Source: Eledone cirrhosa (taxonomy: Eukaryota). From it: a stretch of DNA of 64,000 bases. This document shows, piece by piece, positions 52,421 to 64,000 of this stretch. Each line of letters opens with the position of its first letter. The first letter of the stretch is position 1. The translations under genes were made by a program, and so were the position numbers. Where the stretch lies: positions 31,248,001 to 31,312,000 of the forward strand of contig OZ024742.1 in the NCBI GenBank assembly GCA_964016885.1. The letters run 5' to 3'. The notes below the pieces were generated by a model. The model was not told the DNA's origin and did no database searches. It was given only the letters and a program-made list of their open reading frames with translations.

Positions 52421-52605
52421 AGGCGGTGAATTGGGAGTATCAGTAGAGGGTCGGACACCATGCTTTCCAGCATAGTTACGTCCCTTTACGATCTGAGTTC
52501 AAATCCCGCCGAGGTTGACTTTGCCTTTCATCCTTACGGGGTCGATAAAATAAAGTACCAGTAATGCACTGGGTAATTGCTGGCCTTGTGCCTAAAGTAG
52601 AAACA
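52421..52605 (+). mobile_element. Family A SINE with 19-bp target-site duplication
   Basis: GTTATTACATTGAGCTATT at 52398-52416 and 52606-52624. Confidence 0.9.
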
Positions 52606-52741
52606 GTTATTACATTGAGCTATTTATCTTACTGGTAATAAGGTAGTAATAAATTACTGTCTTTCACTGTTTAGGGTTTAAAAATATATATATAACTATA
52701 AAAGGTTTTAGTATATACATAACCATAAATAGTATCCTTAA

Positions 52742-52840
<99 letters not shown>

Positions 52841-52879
52841 GTTGTTTATTATGTAATTAAATAGCTCTGTACTATACAT

Positions 52880-53120
52880 AGCACAATATATTATAGATGT
52901 CATCAAGTACAGTAAGATAAGAATTTTCATAGATGATTCAAAGCTCCAGAAGGTCATCAACGGACCGGGAGACCGGACATGCCTTCAATTGGATCTGAAT
53001 CTGCTACTGAACGAGGATAAATTTGAACTAATCAACTTTGGAAAAGAGGATGCACTAAAGTTACTATATTCTCATCCCCCAGATGAAACCTTCATGGCAT
53101 CAAACAATACCAGAAACCTT
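52880..53120 (+). mobile_element. CR1-group RT fragment
   Basis: DVIKYSKIRIFIDDSKLQKVI..LQLDLN..LNEDKFELINFG. Confidence 0.65.
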
Positions 53121-53127
53121 ATAGTAA

Positions 53128-53619
53128 CTAGCAGAAAACCCATCCTTCGAGTGGTTTTCTGCTAGCATGTGTAGTGTGTATATTGATATTATATACCCAA
53201 GTATATATGCATGTAGATATGATACATCAAATAAAATCGTAATTGACAATATACACAGAAATTGAACGAAGACTGCGTTACACTGTCTTATGTAATCAGT
53301 AACGTAATCCATGATAAATTAAAAAAAGACTATATTATATATAAACTGCATTAGGAGAAAATTAGTGCAGGAAATATATGAATGTCTATATAAGCGATCG
53401 CTAACCGGAAGTGTTGACATTTGAACATTTTAAAGAAGTGAATCTTAAAATAAGCAACAAAATTATTTATATTTAATCAAGAATAACGAAATTTAGTAGA
53501 TAAATTATGGAATATTCATTCATTATTTATTCAAAGTAATCCAACTTATTTTTTCAAACGGGATAAAAAAAATATATTCTGGCCGCAGTCCCGCACTTCT
53601 TACTTTATTATAGTTTAGA
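53128..53619 (-). mobile_element. Non-autonomous Helitron (same family as 17923-18304)
   Basis: TC start, subterminal hairpin, CTAG end, inserted between A and T. Confidence 0.8.
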
Positions 53620-54442
53620 TTGTTGATAACAACATAAACTGGGCCTGCAGGATGTGTCCCTGGATTCTCAGAACTTTCCCATCTAGAGTAATTCACATGA
53701 CTATCCTACTCTACTCTACCTTTGCTGTTGTTGTTGTTGTCGTTGCTGTCCTTGGTGTTGTTGTTGCTGTTCTTGTTGCTGTTGTCCTTTTCGTTGTCGT
53801 TGTCGTTGTCGTCGTCGTTGTTGTTGTTGTTGCTGCTGTTGTTGCTGCTGTCGTTGGTGTTGTTGTTGCTGTTGTTGTTGCTGTTGTTGTTGTTGTTGTT
53901 GTCGTTGGTGTTGCGGTTGTTGTTGTTGCTATCGTTGTTGTTGCTGTTGTTGTTGGTATTGCTGTTGTTGTTGTTGTTGTTGGTGGTGGTGGTGTTGTTG
54001 TTGTTGTTGTTGTTGTTACCCTAGTTGGAGATCAGCCACGTTGTTGCAATAATGATGATGACAATATATAGTAAAGATGTTTAATGTTTTACTGTATAAA
54101 CCAACGTAACACACTCTTACAAGTACAACCTAAAGGATAAAAGGTTAATAGACTTTCCGACAACATATGTTGTATATCACAAGATGGCCGATCTCCTTAC
54201 CCATTATATGAAGAAACAGAGATCTCTGTGAATAATATATATATATATATGAGTGTGTGTGTGTGAGTATGTATATATATGTGTAGATATATATGCATAT
54301 ACATATATATATGTATATATACGTATATATATATGTATATATATGTGTGTATATATATATATATGTATAAATATATATGTATATATATGTATATATATAT
54401 ATATATACGTATATATATGTATATATATATATATATATATAC

Positions 54443-54486
<44 letters not shown>

Positions 54487-54787
54487 ATGTGTGTGTGTGT
54501 GCGCATGTGTGTGCGCGCGCGCGCGCGTGTATATGAAATACATTTACGGATATATATAAAGTGCTTTTTTCTTTCCTACTCAAGAAAATTCTTTCTTCTT
54601 TCTATCATTTCGTTTCAGATGAAAGGTGAAGGCATTTTTTTCTTTTCTTTTCAGTGTTAAGCTAATGTATTGTGATTGTAATGTGTTGTTCTATGGTGTT
54701 GTTCATCCATTAATTTTTATTGACACACGCCCTCACACACACACACACACATATGTGTGTGTGTGTATATGGATATATTTGTAGGTG

Positions 54788-54849
<62 letters not shown>

Positions 54850-54964
54850 TATCCCGGGTTCAATCGGGGGTAACCACAGTAAGAAAGGTACTCAATACAT
54901 TGCAGAGTACAAATATTTGATATAGAAATGGCTTCTACAGGACTAGAACTGTTTCATTCGGGAG

Positions 54965-55016
<52 letters not shown>

Positions 55017-55092
55017 ATGTGTGTGTGTGTGTGCGCGCGCGTGTGCGTGTGTGTGTATGTGTGTACATATATACATATATATGTATATATAT

Positions 55093-55925
55093 ATGATGAT
55101 GGCTGCAAACTCATTGCCCGATGAAATGCTCAAAAATGTGAGGCACGAATGTGGCTCTTTAAACCAGCCAAATACTTGTACGCTCTGGCACATACATGGC
55201 AACTGTAGGCTCCTCCGGGACTTTCCATTGCTTTGTTCTGGCTGTGTGTTCTCACGTGTCTTTTAAGACTTCCCATGCTAGCACATTCCTTGCCACATTC
55301 CTTACACCTTTTCAGATCATAATCTACATGAGGTCTACTGATATGACTTTGTTCATGTCTAGTCAAACCAGCTTTGCTCAGGCAGACTCAACCACAGTGC
55401 TGGCAAACCAGATGTTGCTCAACAGCAGACAGTTTAGAACAGTCTCTTTTCTTCACCTTCCTTTTCAGTGTTAGGTGTTCTCTTCGACGAGTTTCAAAGA
55501 GTTCACTTCCTGACTTGATCTTCACACGCTCCTCAGCCATTTTTTCCTATTCGTCAGATGAAATTCCAGCACAAGCCAAGGTGCCTCTGACACAGTCCCG
55601 GTACCGTGTGGTGGTCGCCTTCCTTCGCATAGTTCACCGTAGAGATGTTGATTTGGAATACGATCATCAGACATCCGGACCACGTGACTGCACCAACTCA
55701 ACCAATGCCGAAAGATCATGCTCTCTATACTCATGCACCTGCTCCGTTCGAGAACTTCCAAATCCCCGACGAACATTTTCCACCACACCCCAAGTAACTT
55801 ACGAAGAGATTGTTGGTGAAATCTCTCCAGATCCTTGAGCTGCTTTCTATATGTGACCCGCGTTTCACAAGCATAAAGCAAAGAGGAGACGACACAAGTC
55901 AGATACACTTTTACCTTGGTTTCAA
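55093..55925 (-). mobile_element. RTE LINE 3' fragment, second copy of the 4377-5712 family
   Basis: High similarity, same zinc fingers, single copy of the 31-bp unit. Confidence 0.9.
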
Positions 55926-56161
55926 TGTTGATACCTCAGCCATCCCCCACCCCCACATACACACACCACCACACCACAATTACCCCCCCCCCCCCTCCCC
56001 CACACACACCACCACACCACCACCAACACTGCTGCCAACACCACAACCAACACTATTACCAAAGTCAGATACACTTTTACCTTGGTTTCAATGTTGATAC
56101 CTCAGCCATCCCCCCAAATACACACACACACACCCGCACCCACACCCACCCACCCACACAT

Positions 56162-56193
<32 letters not shown>

Positions 56194-56349
56194 GGTGGGT
56201 AAAATTCCCGAGATAAAAATTTAAAACGGTCATCGCGGGCCACTCTGACGGGTCTGTTGAGAAGGAAGATGAAAAAGACTTAACTCTTAATTTCAAATCT
56301 TTAATTTTTAGTTTTTAATTTTGATTAATTCTTTTTAATTGTAATACTC

Positions 56350-56397
56350 AGCATTTGATAAGATAAATTTTACTAATACATCGAAACCGGTAATACT
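56350..56397 (+). ncRNA. Hammerhead-like motif with U3-A8 core variant
   Basis: agcat-TTGATAA-gat..atc-GAAA-CCGG-TA-atact; one stem I mismatch. Confidence 0.5.
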
Positions 56398-56553
56398 TTC
56401 TATACTTTATATACATTATAAAACTCTTTTTTAAAAGAATTGTCTCTCTTATTTTTTTAAATAATGTCAATTTGACGAATCAAAAAAAGGAAAAAAAAAG
56501 AAAAGAAAAACAGACCCTAAAATATATTTTCCGTGGTATTTCCAACTTCACCT

Positions 56554-56614
<61 letters not shown>

Positions 56615-56653
56615 CTTTCTCTCTTTCTCTCTCTCTCTTTCTCTCTCTCTCTC

Positions 56654-56690
<37 letters not shown>

Positions 56691-56873
56691 CGAAGGAAAA
56701 GTGGTAAGGAACCAGGTGGACCATTACGCACCAAAGTACTCAATACTTAGGGTAGTAGAGTGGGTAATAGGAACGAGTAGGACCCCGACAGCTGAGCTCA
56801 AGCCGTTTCGATGGCTAATTCCAGAATTAGCCGTCGAAACGGCTTGAGCTCAACCGTCGGGGTCCTACTCGTT

Positions 56874-56930
<57 letters not shown>

Positions 56931-57331
56931 GTGTGTGTGTGTGTGTGTATAGACAACCAAATGATAGGTGTTGCTCGACCGTTGCCTGACTTTTCAATTA
57001 AACTGTTTATACATTAATCAATATACATTAGTATAAAGTCATTATATTATATTCGTCGTATCTTTCTTTCATTACTATAAATATTCTACTTTTCAAAGTG
57101 TCCTTCCATTATACTGTTACATGATGTCGTCTGCTTATTGACTGATGTCGTCTGGATATATTGGCTGAGTTGAATACCGGAAGTGGCGGAAACTGACTGA
57201 GGAGGAAATTGCCATCTTTGGTTTGAAGTCAAACAAGAAGAAAGAGAAGAAGAAATAGAAGCTGGCTTCGTTTATGTATATACGCATCTATCTATCTATC
57301 TATCTATGCGCCCTAGTCGCAATAAATAGAA

Positions 57332-57385
<54 letters not shown>

Positions 57386-57427
57386 ATATCTATCTACCTG
57401 ACTCCCCCCCCCCCTCTCTCTCTCTCT

Positions 57428-57482
<55 letters not shown>

Positions 57483-57879
57483 CACGATGGTGATGATGGC
57501 AGTAGTGGTGGTGATGTTGGTGGTACTAGTGCTGGAGAGGGTGGTGGTTGTGGTGTGAAAGTAACTGTCTGATAGTTTACAAAACCTATTTAGTTAACGT
57601 GCGATGCGCAGTTTAAATAGCATTGATGCGAAATTCTAGATTTAAATCTATAATAGTGGCAAGAAAGTCTCAGGAGAGCTGGACAGCAGATAGTCTTCAT
57701 AGAAGAAACCCTCCTGAAGCAAGTATTTCAGCCCTTAACTCCTTACACTCTAAGTAGGCCGGGCTGTATTCAAGGTCTTGGCTGCTAGGTTTCCTGGTAA
57801 CATTTAGCCATTTGAATATCGGAGACTTGTTCTATGGAGATTTTGTTGACAGGATCTAGCTTTAATATCCTGGGTGATT

Positions 57880-58029
57880 CAGTGTACGCTGTATGTGACA
57901 AGGCTGGCCCCTTGAATTACAGGTACAAATTATTTTTGTTTGCTCAAGAATATAACGCGCTGCTCAGACCAAGAATTGAAATCACGACCTTACAAGCGTG
58001 AGGCGAACATCGCAACCATTAAGCCGCGT

Positions 58030-58066
<37 letters not shown>

Positions 58067-58082
58067 CATAAACACACACACG

Positions 58083-58115
<33 letters not shown>

Positions 58116-58240
58116 TTGTGAAGGCGTGTGGCTGATTGGTTAGAGAACTGGATTCGCAATCGTGAGGTTGTCAGTTCGATTCTTGGACCAGGCGATGCGT
58201 TGTCTCCTTGAGCATGATACTTTACTTCACGTTACTCCTT
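57880..58240. mobile_element. Two divergent tRNA-derived SINE copies (family B, CORE-like): about 57880-58030 (-) and 58121-58240 (+); 3' part also at about 59070-59250 (-)
   Basis: A-box TGGCTGATTGGTTAG, B-box-like AGTTCGATTC, then TCCTTGAGCA..ACTTTACTTCACGTT. Confidence 0.65.
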
Positions 58241-58351
58241 CTACCTGGAGTTGCGACCGATAGTATTGGAAAGACCAACGGAAACACTGTTTCCTCGGTC
58301 CGATTTGACAGAAGTCGATCGACAAATTATTATTATGATTATTATTATAAA

Positions 58352-58533
58352 GAGCGTTGAATTGGCAGTATCGGTAGAGGGTCGGACGCCATGCTTTCTA
58401 GCATAGTTACGTCCCTTTACAGTCTGAGTTCAAATCCCGCCGAGGTTAACTTTGCTTTTCATCCTTACGGGGTCGATAAAATAAAGTACCAGTAATGTAC
58501 TGGGTATTTGCTGGCCTTGTGCCTAAAGTAGAA
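58352..58533 (+). mobile_element. Family A SINE
   Basis: Complete copy between (ATT)n tracts. Confidence 0.88.
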
Positions 58534-58545
58534 ATAATTATTATG

Positions 58546-58583
<38 letters not shown>

Positions 58584-59328
58584 TATATACATATACTTAT
58601 ATATATGTATGTAATATGTATATATGTATGTATGTATACATATATACATTATAATGTAATTATATCAACATGGCGGCAGGGATACTAATTTGGACAAGAA
58701 GTTTAAGGAGAGTAAAATATGAAACACGAAACTATAATGTAGAAATTGTGTAAGAAGAACTTATATGAGAGCAACACATGAAAGACTTATATAAATTGAC
58801 ATAGAACAAACGAAGAAACAGCTTAGCAAAGACCTTGAATAAATGTAGCGTAACTCTAACATACACGACAACATATGTGTAAAAGATATAGCAGTAAAAT
58901 ATATCAGGTAGACGCTACTAGATGTCTATATATGGATAAAGGATAAAGGAACTGGTGGAGATTGTAAAGGCGAAGACGGAAGAGATGCCAAACAAAATAT
59001 GTACTTAATAAACAACAGAATCGCTTCACTTCCGTATGATTTCGATGACATGTCTTCCCGCTGTTCAAACAAGAGAACACCTTGCTCGAGAGGTTAACCT
59101 GCAAGTAGCTGAGCATTCCACAGACATGTGCGCCCTTGACACAGTGTGTGACGAGGTTTGTCCATTGAATCACGAGTACGAATCATGTTTCCCAACTAAG
59201 TGGACTGGAGCAACATGAAATAACGTTATTCTCATGGAGCAACATAAAATAACGTTATTCTCATGGATATATATATATATATATATATAATATAAGATCA
59301 AAAGATGGTTAAAGGAGTTCCATATATT

Positions 59329-59391
59329 TTATTATGCGCATTTCAAAAACAAACATCATCAAGCAATAATATTTGTGTTTTCATCAGATAA
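59329..59391 (-). ncRNA. Intact type I hammerhead motif inside fold-back about 59288-59535
   Basis: Minus strand: ttat-CTGATGA-aaacac..gttttt-GAAA-TGCGCA-TA-ataa. Confidence 0.8.
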
Positions 59392-59622
59392 AACAGGAGA
59401 ACATGATATGAAGGCTAAAGAACACTTGTTGATAGTGCAGTTTTAAATCAACATATTTGCTTGATGATGTTTGTTTTTGAAATGCGCATAATAAAATATA
59501 TGGAACTCCTTTAACCATCTTTTGATCTTATATTATGCATACTCCAGTCCCACAAACTGTAGAGTGCTTCTTATCCGATATCTGCATTGCTTTATTGTAC
59601 TACAATAAAACTCACCTCCTAC

Positions 59623-59653
<31 letters not shown>

Positions 59654-59734
59654 CATATATATATATACATATATATACATATATATATATGTATATATAT
59701 ATACATATATATATATGTGTATATATATATATAT

Positions 59735-60290
59735 ATTGTTATACTTTGGGAGGGTCATGTTGCCAATAAGAAACACACGCACCAGTTGCTTTCACTTCAA
59801 TTTATTATAATAAATTTATAAATTTAGGAATTTATCAATTTCTGGTTGGTTGTCAAAGTTCTTTCGTCACACATTCTGTGACCTCTTCAGTGACTGGGGA
59901 TTCTTTTCTTTGTTTTTGTGCCTCTCCTTTGTTCTGTCCTACGCCATTTTGTTTCTGTGTGTGTGTTGTGTGCTCAGTCTGCGCATGCGCCACATCCGGG
60001 TGTCTGTGTGTGTTTATATTTGTTTATTTATTTGTTTATTTACATGTTACCGGTTGGTTGTTTGTTCTATGTGTGTGTGTGTTTTCATTTTGTCCTTAAT
60101 TGTAAGTTGTGATGGTGCTGTTCCACTCATATTTTCTATTTAATTTTGGTTGTAATTCTTTTATGTTTATTGCCTCTGTGATTTGTCTAAACATTGCGTC
60201 TTTTCTGTGTGTAGATTCTATTTTTAAGTGAAAGCAACTGGTGCGTGTGTTTCTTATTGGCAACATGACCCTCCCAAAGTATAACAATAT
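59735..60290 (-). mobile_element. Penelope 3' fragment with GIY-YIG C-terminus, hammerhead (59852-59894) and about 63-bp terminal inverted repeat
   Basis: RQITEAINIKELQPKLNRKYEW; gtca-CTGAAGA-ggtcaca..tgtgac-GAAAGAACTT-tgac; inverted repeat about 59735-59797 / 60226-60290. Confidence 0.75.
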
Positions 60291-60409
60291 CGGTTTCAAC
60301 ACACCATTTCAGATAAAGAATCTTGCTAAACAAATTCAGAAACGAAATATATATATATACATATATATATATAAATACATATATATATAAATGTAAGTAT
60401 GTATGTATA

Positions 60410-60707
60410 CGTTTTTGTTCAACACTGACACAGGAACGATGTACTAGTTTCAAGCTTGTTAGCTATCGTCAGCACCGTATACCTTTCTGCCAGATGGTTG
60501 AACGTTCGAAAGTATATACTTTCCTTATGAAAATTAACGGCTGAGCAGCCTAATTTGCATATCGAGTGAGTTCAGTCGGCCAGGCGCACCGAAAACGATA
60601 AATGGAATAGAATGAAACGAAATTTCATTCTCACTCTTAGTACGGCACTTACTTATAATAAATGTTCGGTAAACTGATACGTACATATATATATGTGTGC
60701 TTGTATT

Positions 60708-60804
<97 letters not shown>

Positions 60805-61345
60805 GCTACTGTACGTCTGTATACATATATGTATGTACGTATACATACATACTTACATTTAAGTAAGTGCCGTACTAAGAATGAGAAATTCATTTCTCAC
60901 TCTTAGTTCGGCTGATACTTAAATATAAGTATGTATACGTACATACATATATGTATACGGACGCACACTAGTATGTATATACATACATACATACATGCAC
61001 ACATATATATATATGTACGTATGGGTTTACAGAACATTTATTGCAATGCTCGGTTTGTTTGTAAACAAACAGCACGAATTAGTAGCCGTACAGTGTTCGG
61101 CAACCATCGTTGCCCTTTTGTTCAACACTGACTAAGCAACGATGAACTAGTTTCTAGCTTATTAGCTGTCATCAGCATCGTATACCTTCCTGTCAGTCGA
61201 TTGAACGTTTGAAAGTATATACATTCCTTATGCATATTAACGGCTAAGCAGCCTAATTTGCATATCGAGTGAGTTAGTCGGCCGGGCGTACCGAAATCGA
61301 TAACTGGAAAAAATTAAATTTTATTTCTCACTCTTAGTACGGCTG
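60410..61345. repeat. Direct duplication of an about 235-bp repeat (60410-60646, 61113-61343) plus mini-palindrome 60869-60912; possible MITE ends
   Basis: Both end in TTCTCACTCTTAGTACGGC; the palindrome is built from two such ends. Confidence 0.55.
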
Positions 61346-61475
61346 ATAGTTAAATATAAGTATGAATACGTACATACATATATGTATACAGACGTACAGT
61401 AGTATGTATATACGAACATAAATGCACACATATATATATATATGTATATACGTGGAAAAGTAATATATGTATATA

Positions 61476-61525
<50 letters not shown>

Positions 61526-61592
61526 TATCCCGGGTTCAATCGGGGGTAACCTAGTAAGTAAGGTACTCAATACACAGCAGAGTATATAAAGA

Positions 61593-61642
61593 GCTTTCCT
61601 GATGATTTCTCTCGAATGAAACAGTTCTAGTCCTGTAAAAGC
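61593..61642 (+). ncRNA. Type I hammerhead motif of family H
   Basis: gctttc-CTGATGA-tttctctcgaat-GAAA-CAG..CTG-TA-aaagc; other copies read GTA-gaag. Confidence 0.7.
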
Positions 61643-61721
61643 CATTTCTATATTATATATATATATATATTTATATTTATATAAACAAATATATATAATA
61701 TATAATATATATATTATGCAT

Positions 61722-61878
<157 letters not shown>

Positions 61879-62190
61879 TGGTTATCAGTTGAAGAGAAGA
61901 AAGAATGTGAACTCTACACAAAAATGCAAGTGTTGGTGAATAGGAGCATGGGAACTATATTTAGCAAGAATACAGTTGAGGGCAATGTGAGAGAAAGACT
62001 TACGATCACTTGTGGGTTAGTTGTACCCGTAAGATGGCGGACACATTGCAGTGAACACCAGACTGGTTTAATAAAACATCACAAATGTAGATATATTGAA
62101 AGGTCAGGACAACCTAAACTGTAGAAAGTAGAGCTAGACAGTATAAAGAAATATTATACATACACACATATATATATATATATATGTGTG

Positions 62191-62344
<154 letters not shown>

Positions 62345-62377
62345 TTCATATATATATATATATAATTATATATACAT

Positions 62378-62422
<45 letters not shown>

Positions 62423-63104
62423 TATATATATATATACATATATGTGTATAAATACATATATACACACATATTTAAATGTATATATGTATGCATGTATATG
62501 TGTGAGTTTGTACACACACACACACACACACACATACATATATGTATATAGTTAATCAAAGTAGGATGGGTGGCGTTACAATAGCAGTAATTAATAGCTA
62601 AGTTGCATACACAGAGAAAGAAATAACGATACACGTGGACAAATTAACAAAACTACTTATTTTCCTTGTTTAATGAACATTCTTACTAACATTGGTAAAA
62701 GATCAGTGAATTGTGGGGAAGGTTAAAGTTTAAAATTAACCCCAGTATTTGACTGGTACTTTACTTTATCATTAAGCCACGCTAGAAAGTCAGATAGAAT
62801 GCTTTGTGGTATCCATTCTGCCTCTCTGCTATCGGAGTTTAAATCCTGTCGAGGTTAACTTTACCATTCATCCATTCGAGGTAGATAAAAAATGTACGAG
62901 TCATGTACTAGTCGATTCTTTCTCTATATCTTTTTCTCAGTTCCATTTTCTCCCTCTCTATCCTTCTCTGGAAGAAATCTGTTGTATTCAGATTTGGAGA
63001 GGAGATGGGCCCTGTCAAGCTTAAAACAAAATGCTCTAGAAATGTCGTATGTCAATATGGCGCCTCTACGACTCCCTGAGGAGTTACGGGAATCCCCCCC
63101 CCCC

Positions 63105-63227
<123 letters not shown>

Positions 63228-63296
63228 CAAGGTTTAGCAAATAGAGAAAACGTTTTAAAATACATTTTAAAAAGTTCACTGTACTTACTATATGTA

Positions 63297-63378
63297 CCCT
63301 TACCGCGCGGTTTCAAATCCCAAAATAAATGGATAATCCAGGCGGACCACCATTGAGAAGAGGATTCTCGTCAGAAAG
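63297..63378 (-). ncRNA. Type I hammerhead motif
   Basis: Minus strand: cttt-CTGACGA-gaatcct..gggattt-GAAA-CCGCGCGG-TA-aggg. Confidence 0.7.
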
Positions 63379-63712
63379 TTCTTCTCGCTCGGAGAATATA
63401 AAATTCCCAAATTCAAATCACAGACTGGAGCCATACAAAACTGTTCACAGATGAGAGTGAATGAGAAAGGGACCAATTCTGTCTAGTGTCGTGTGTAAAG
63501 ACAGAAGGCAGGGGCGGACAGGTCAATGTCCTGCCACTAAAAATAGCAGTAGTTCAAACGACCAAAATGTTATCTCTACCTTAGGGGAGATTAATAATAA
63601 TAAAGTATGTGTTCTTACGTGTAACAAATACATATAGGGATACAAGTATTATCCAACCGTATGCCAATGTGGTTCTATGGCAGGTTAATAAAACTCCGTT
63701 AATTTGATATAA

Positions 63713-63764
<52 letters not shown>

Positions 63765-64000
63765 AATTAAAAAACGGAGTTAAAGAGTCACGTTAATCCT
63801 CTATAATTTAATGAGCTCAAGGTATAGATTCCGGGCTCTTTATAGAGAAAAGTACACAAAGAGGCATGTCTTCAATTATAGGGGTAGAATACCACCAGAG
63901 TGAAAAACGTATTGTCTACAAAAGGAATGGAGAATACATATAAAAAAAAATAAATTAAAATGTACAAACCATCCGTTTATAGCTATAAAACCTGGACATG

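Noticed and set aside
53652-54071. Hydrophobic Val/Leu ORFs or a minus-strand mucin exon
   Set aside because: Degenerate (GTT)n repeat; no supporting neighbouring exons

Overview
AT-rich, microsatellite-saturated eukaryotic (invertebrate) intergenic or intronic DNA. The SINE and repeat complement looks cephalopod/octopus-like, which is an inference. No host protein-coding gene can be confidently called; most ORF-track entries are translated microsatellites. The window is a dense collection of retroelements that appear partitioned by microsatellite type. (1) Three co-oriented, very similar GC-rich Tx1-clade LINE copies sit inside a (TAGG)n composite satellite (27297-39918). (2) A near full-length R4/Dong-like RLE retrotransposon and a 65-bp 3' stub lie in (TATG)n tracts (40421-45163). 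(3) A Penelope-like element (RT + GIY-YIG) has its catalytic YRDD split by a 645-bp solo-LTR-like insert (20953-25240). (4) Many short fold-back Penelope-type end fragments abut (TA)n tracts, and about 20 of them carry recognisable type I hammerhead ribozyme motifs, including core variants with compensatory U3-A8 changes. Also present are RTE LINE fragments and bipartite RTE derivatives, CR1 and Vingi-like fragments, about 10 tRNA-derived SINEs, non-autonomous Helitrons, a pogo-like MITE, a tRNA-Ser(TGA) likely pseudogene, and a 40-bp minisatellite of about 54 copies with higher-order structure. All motif calls were made by eye; no searches were run.
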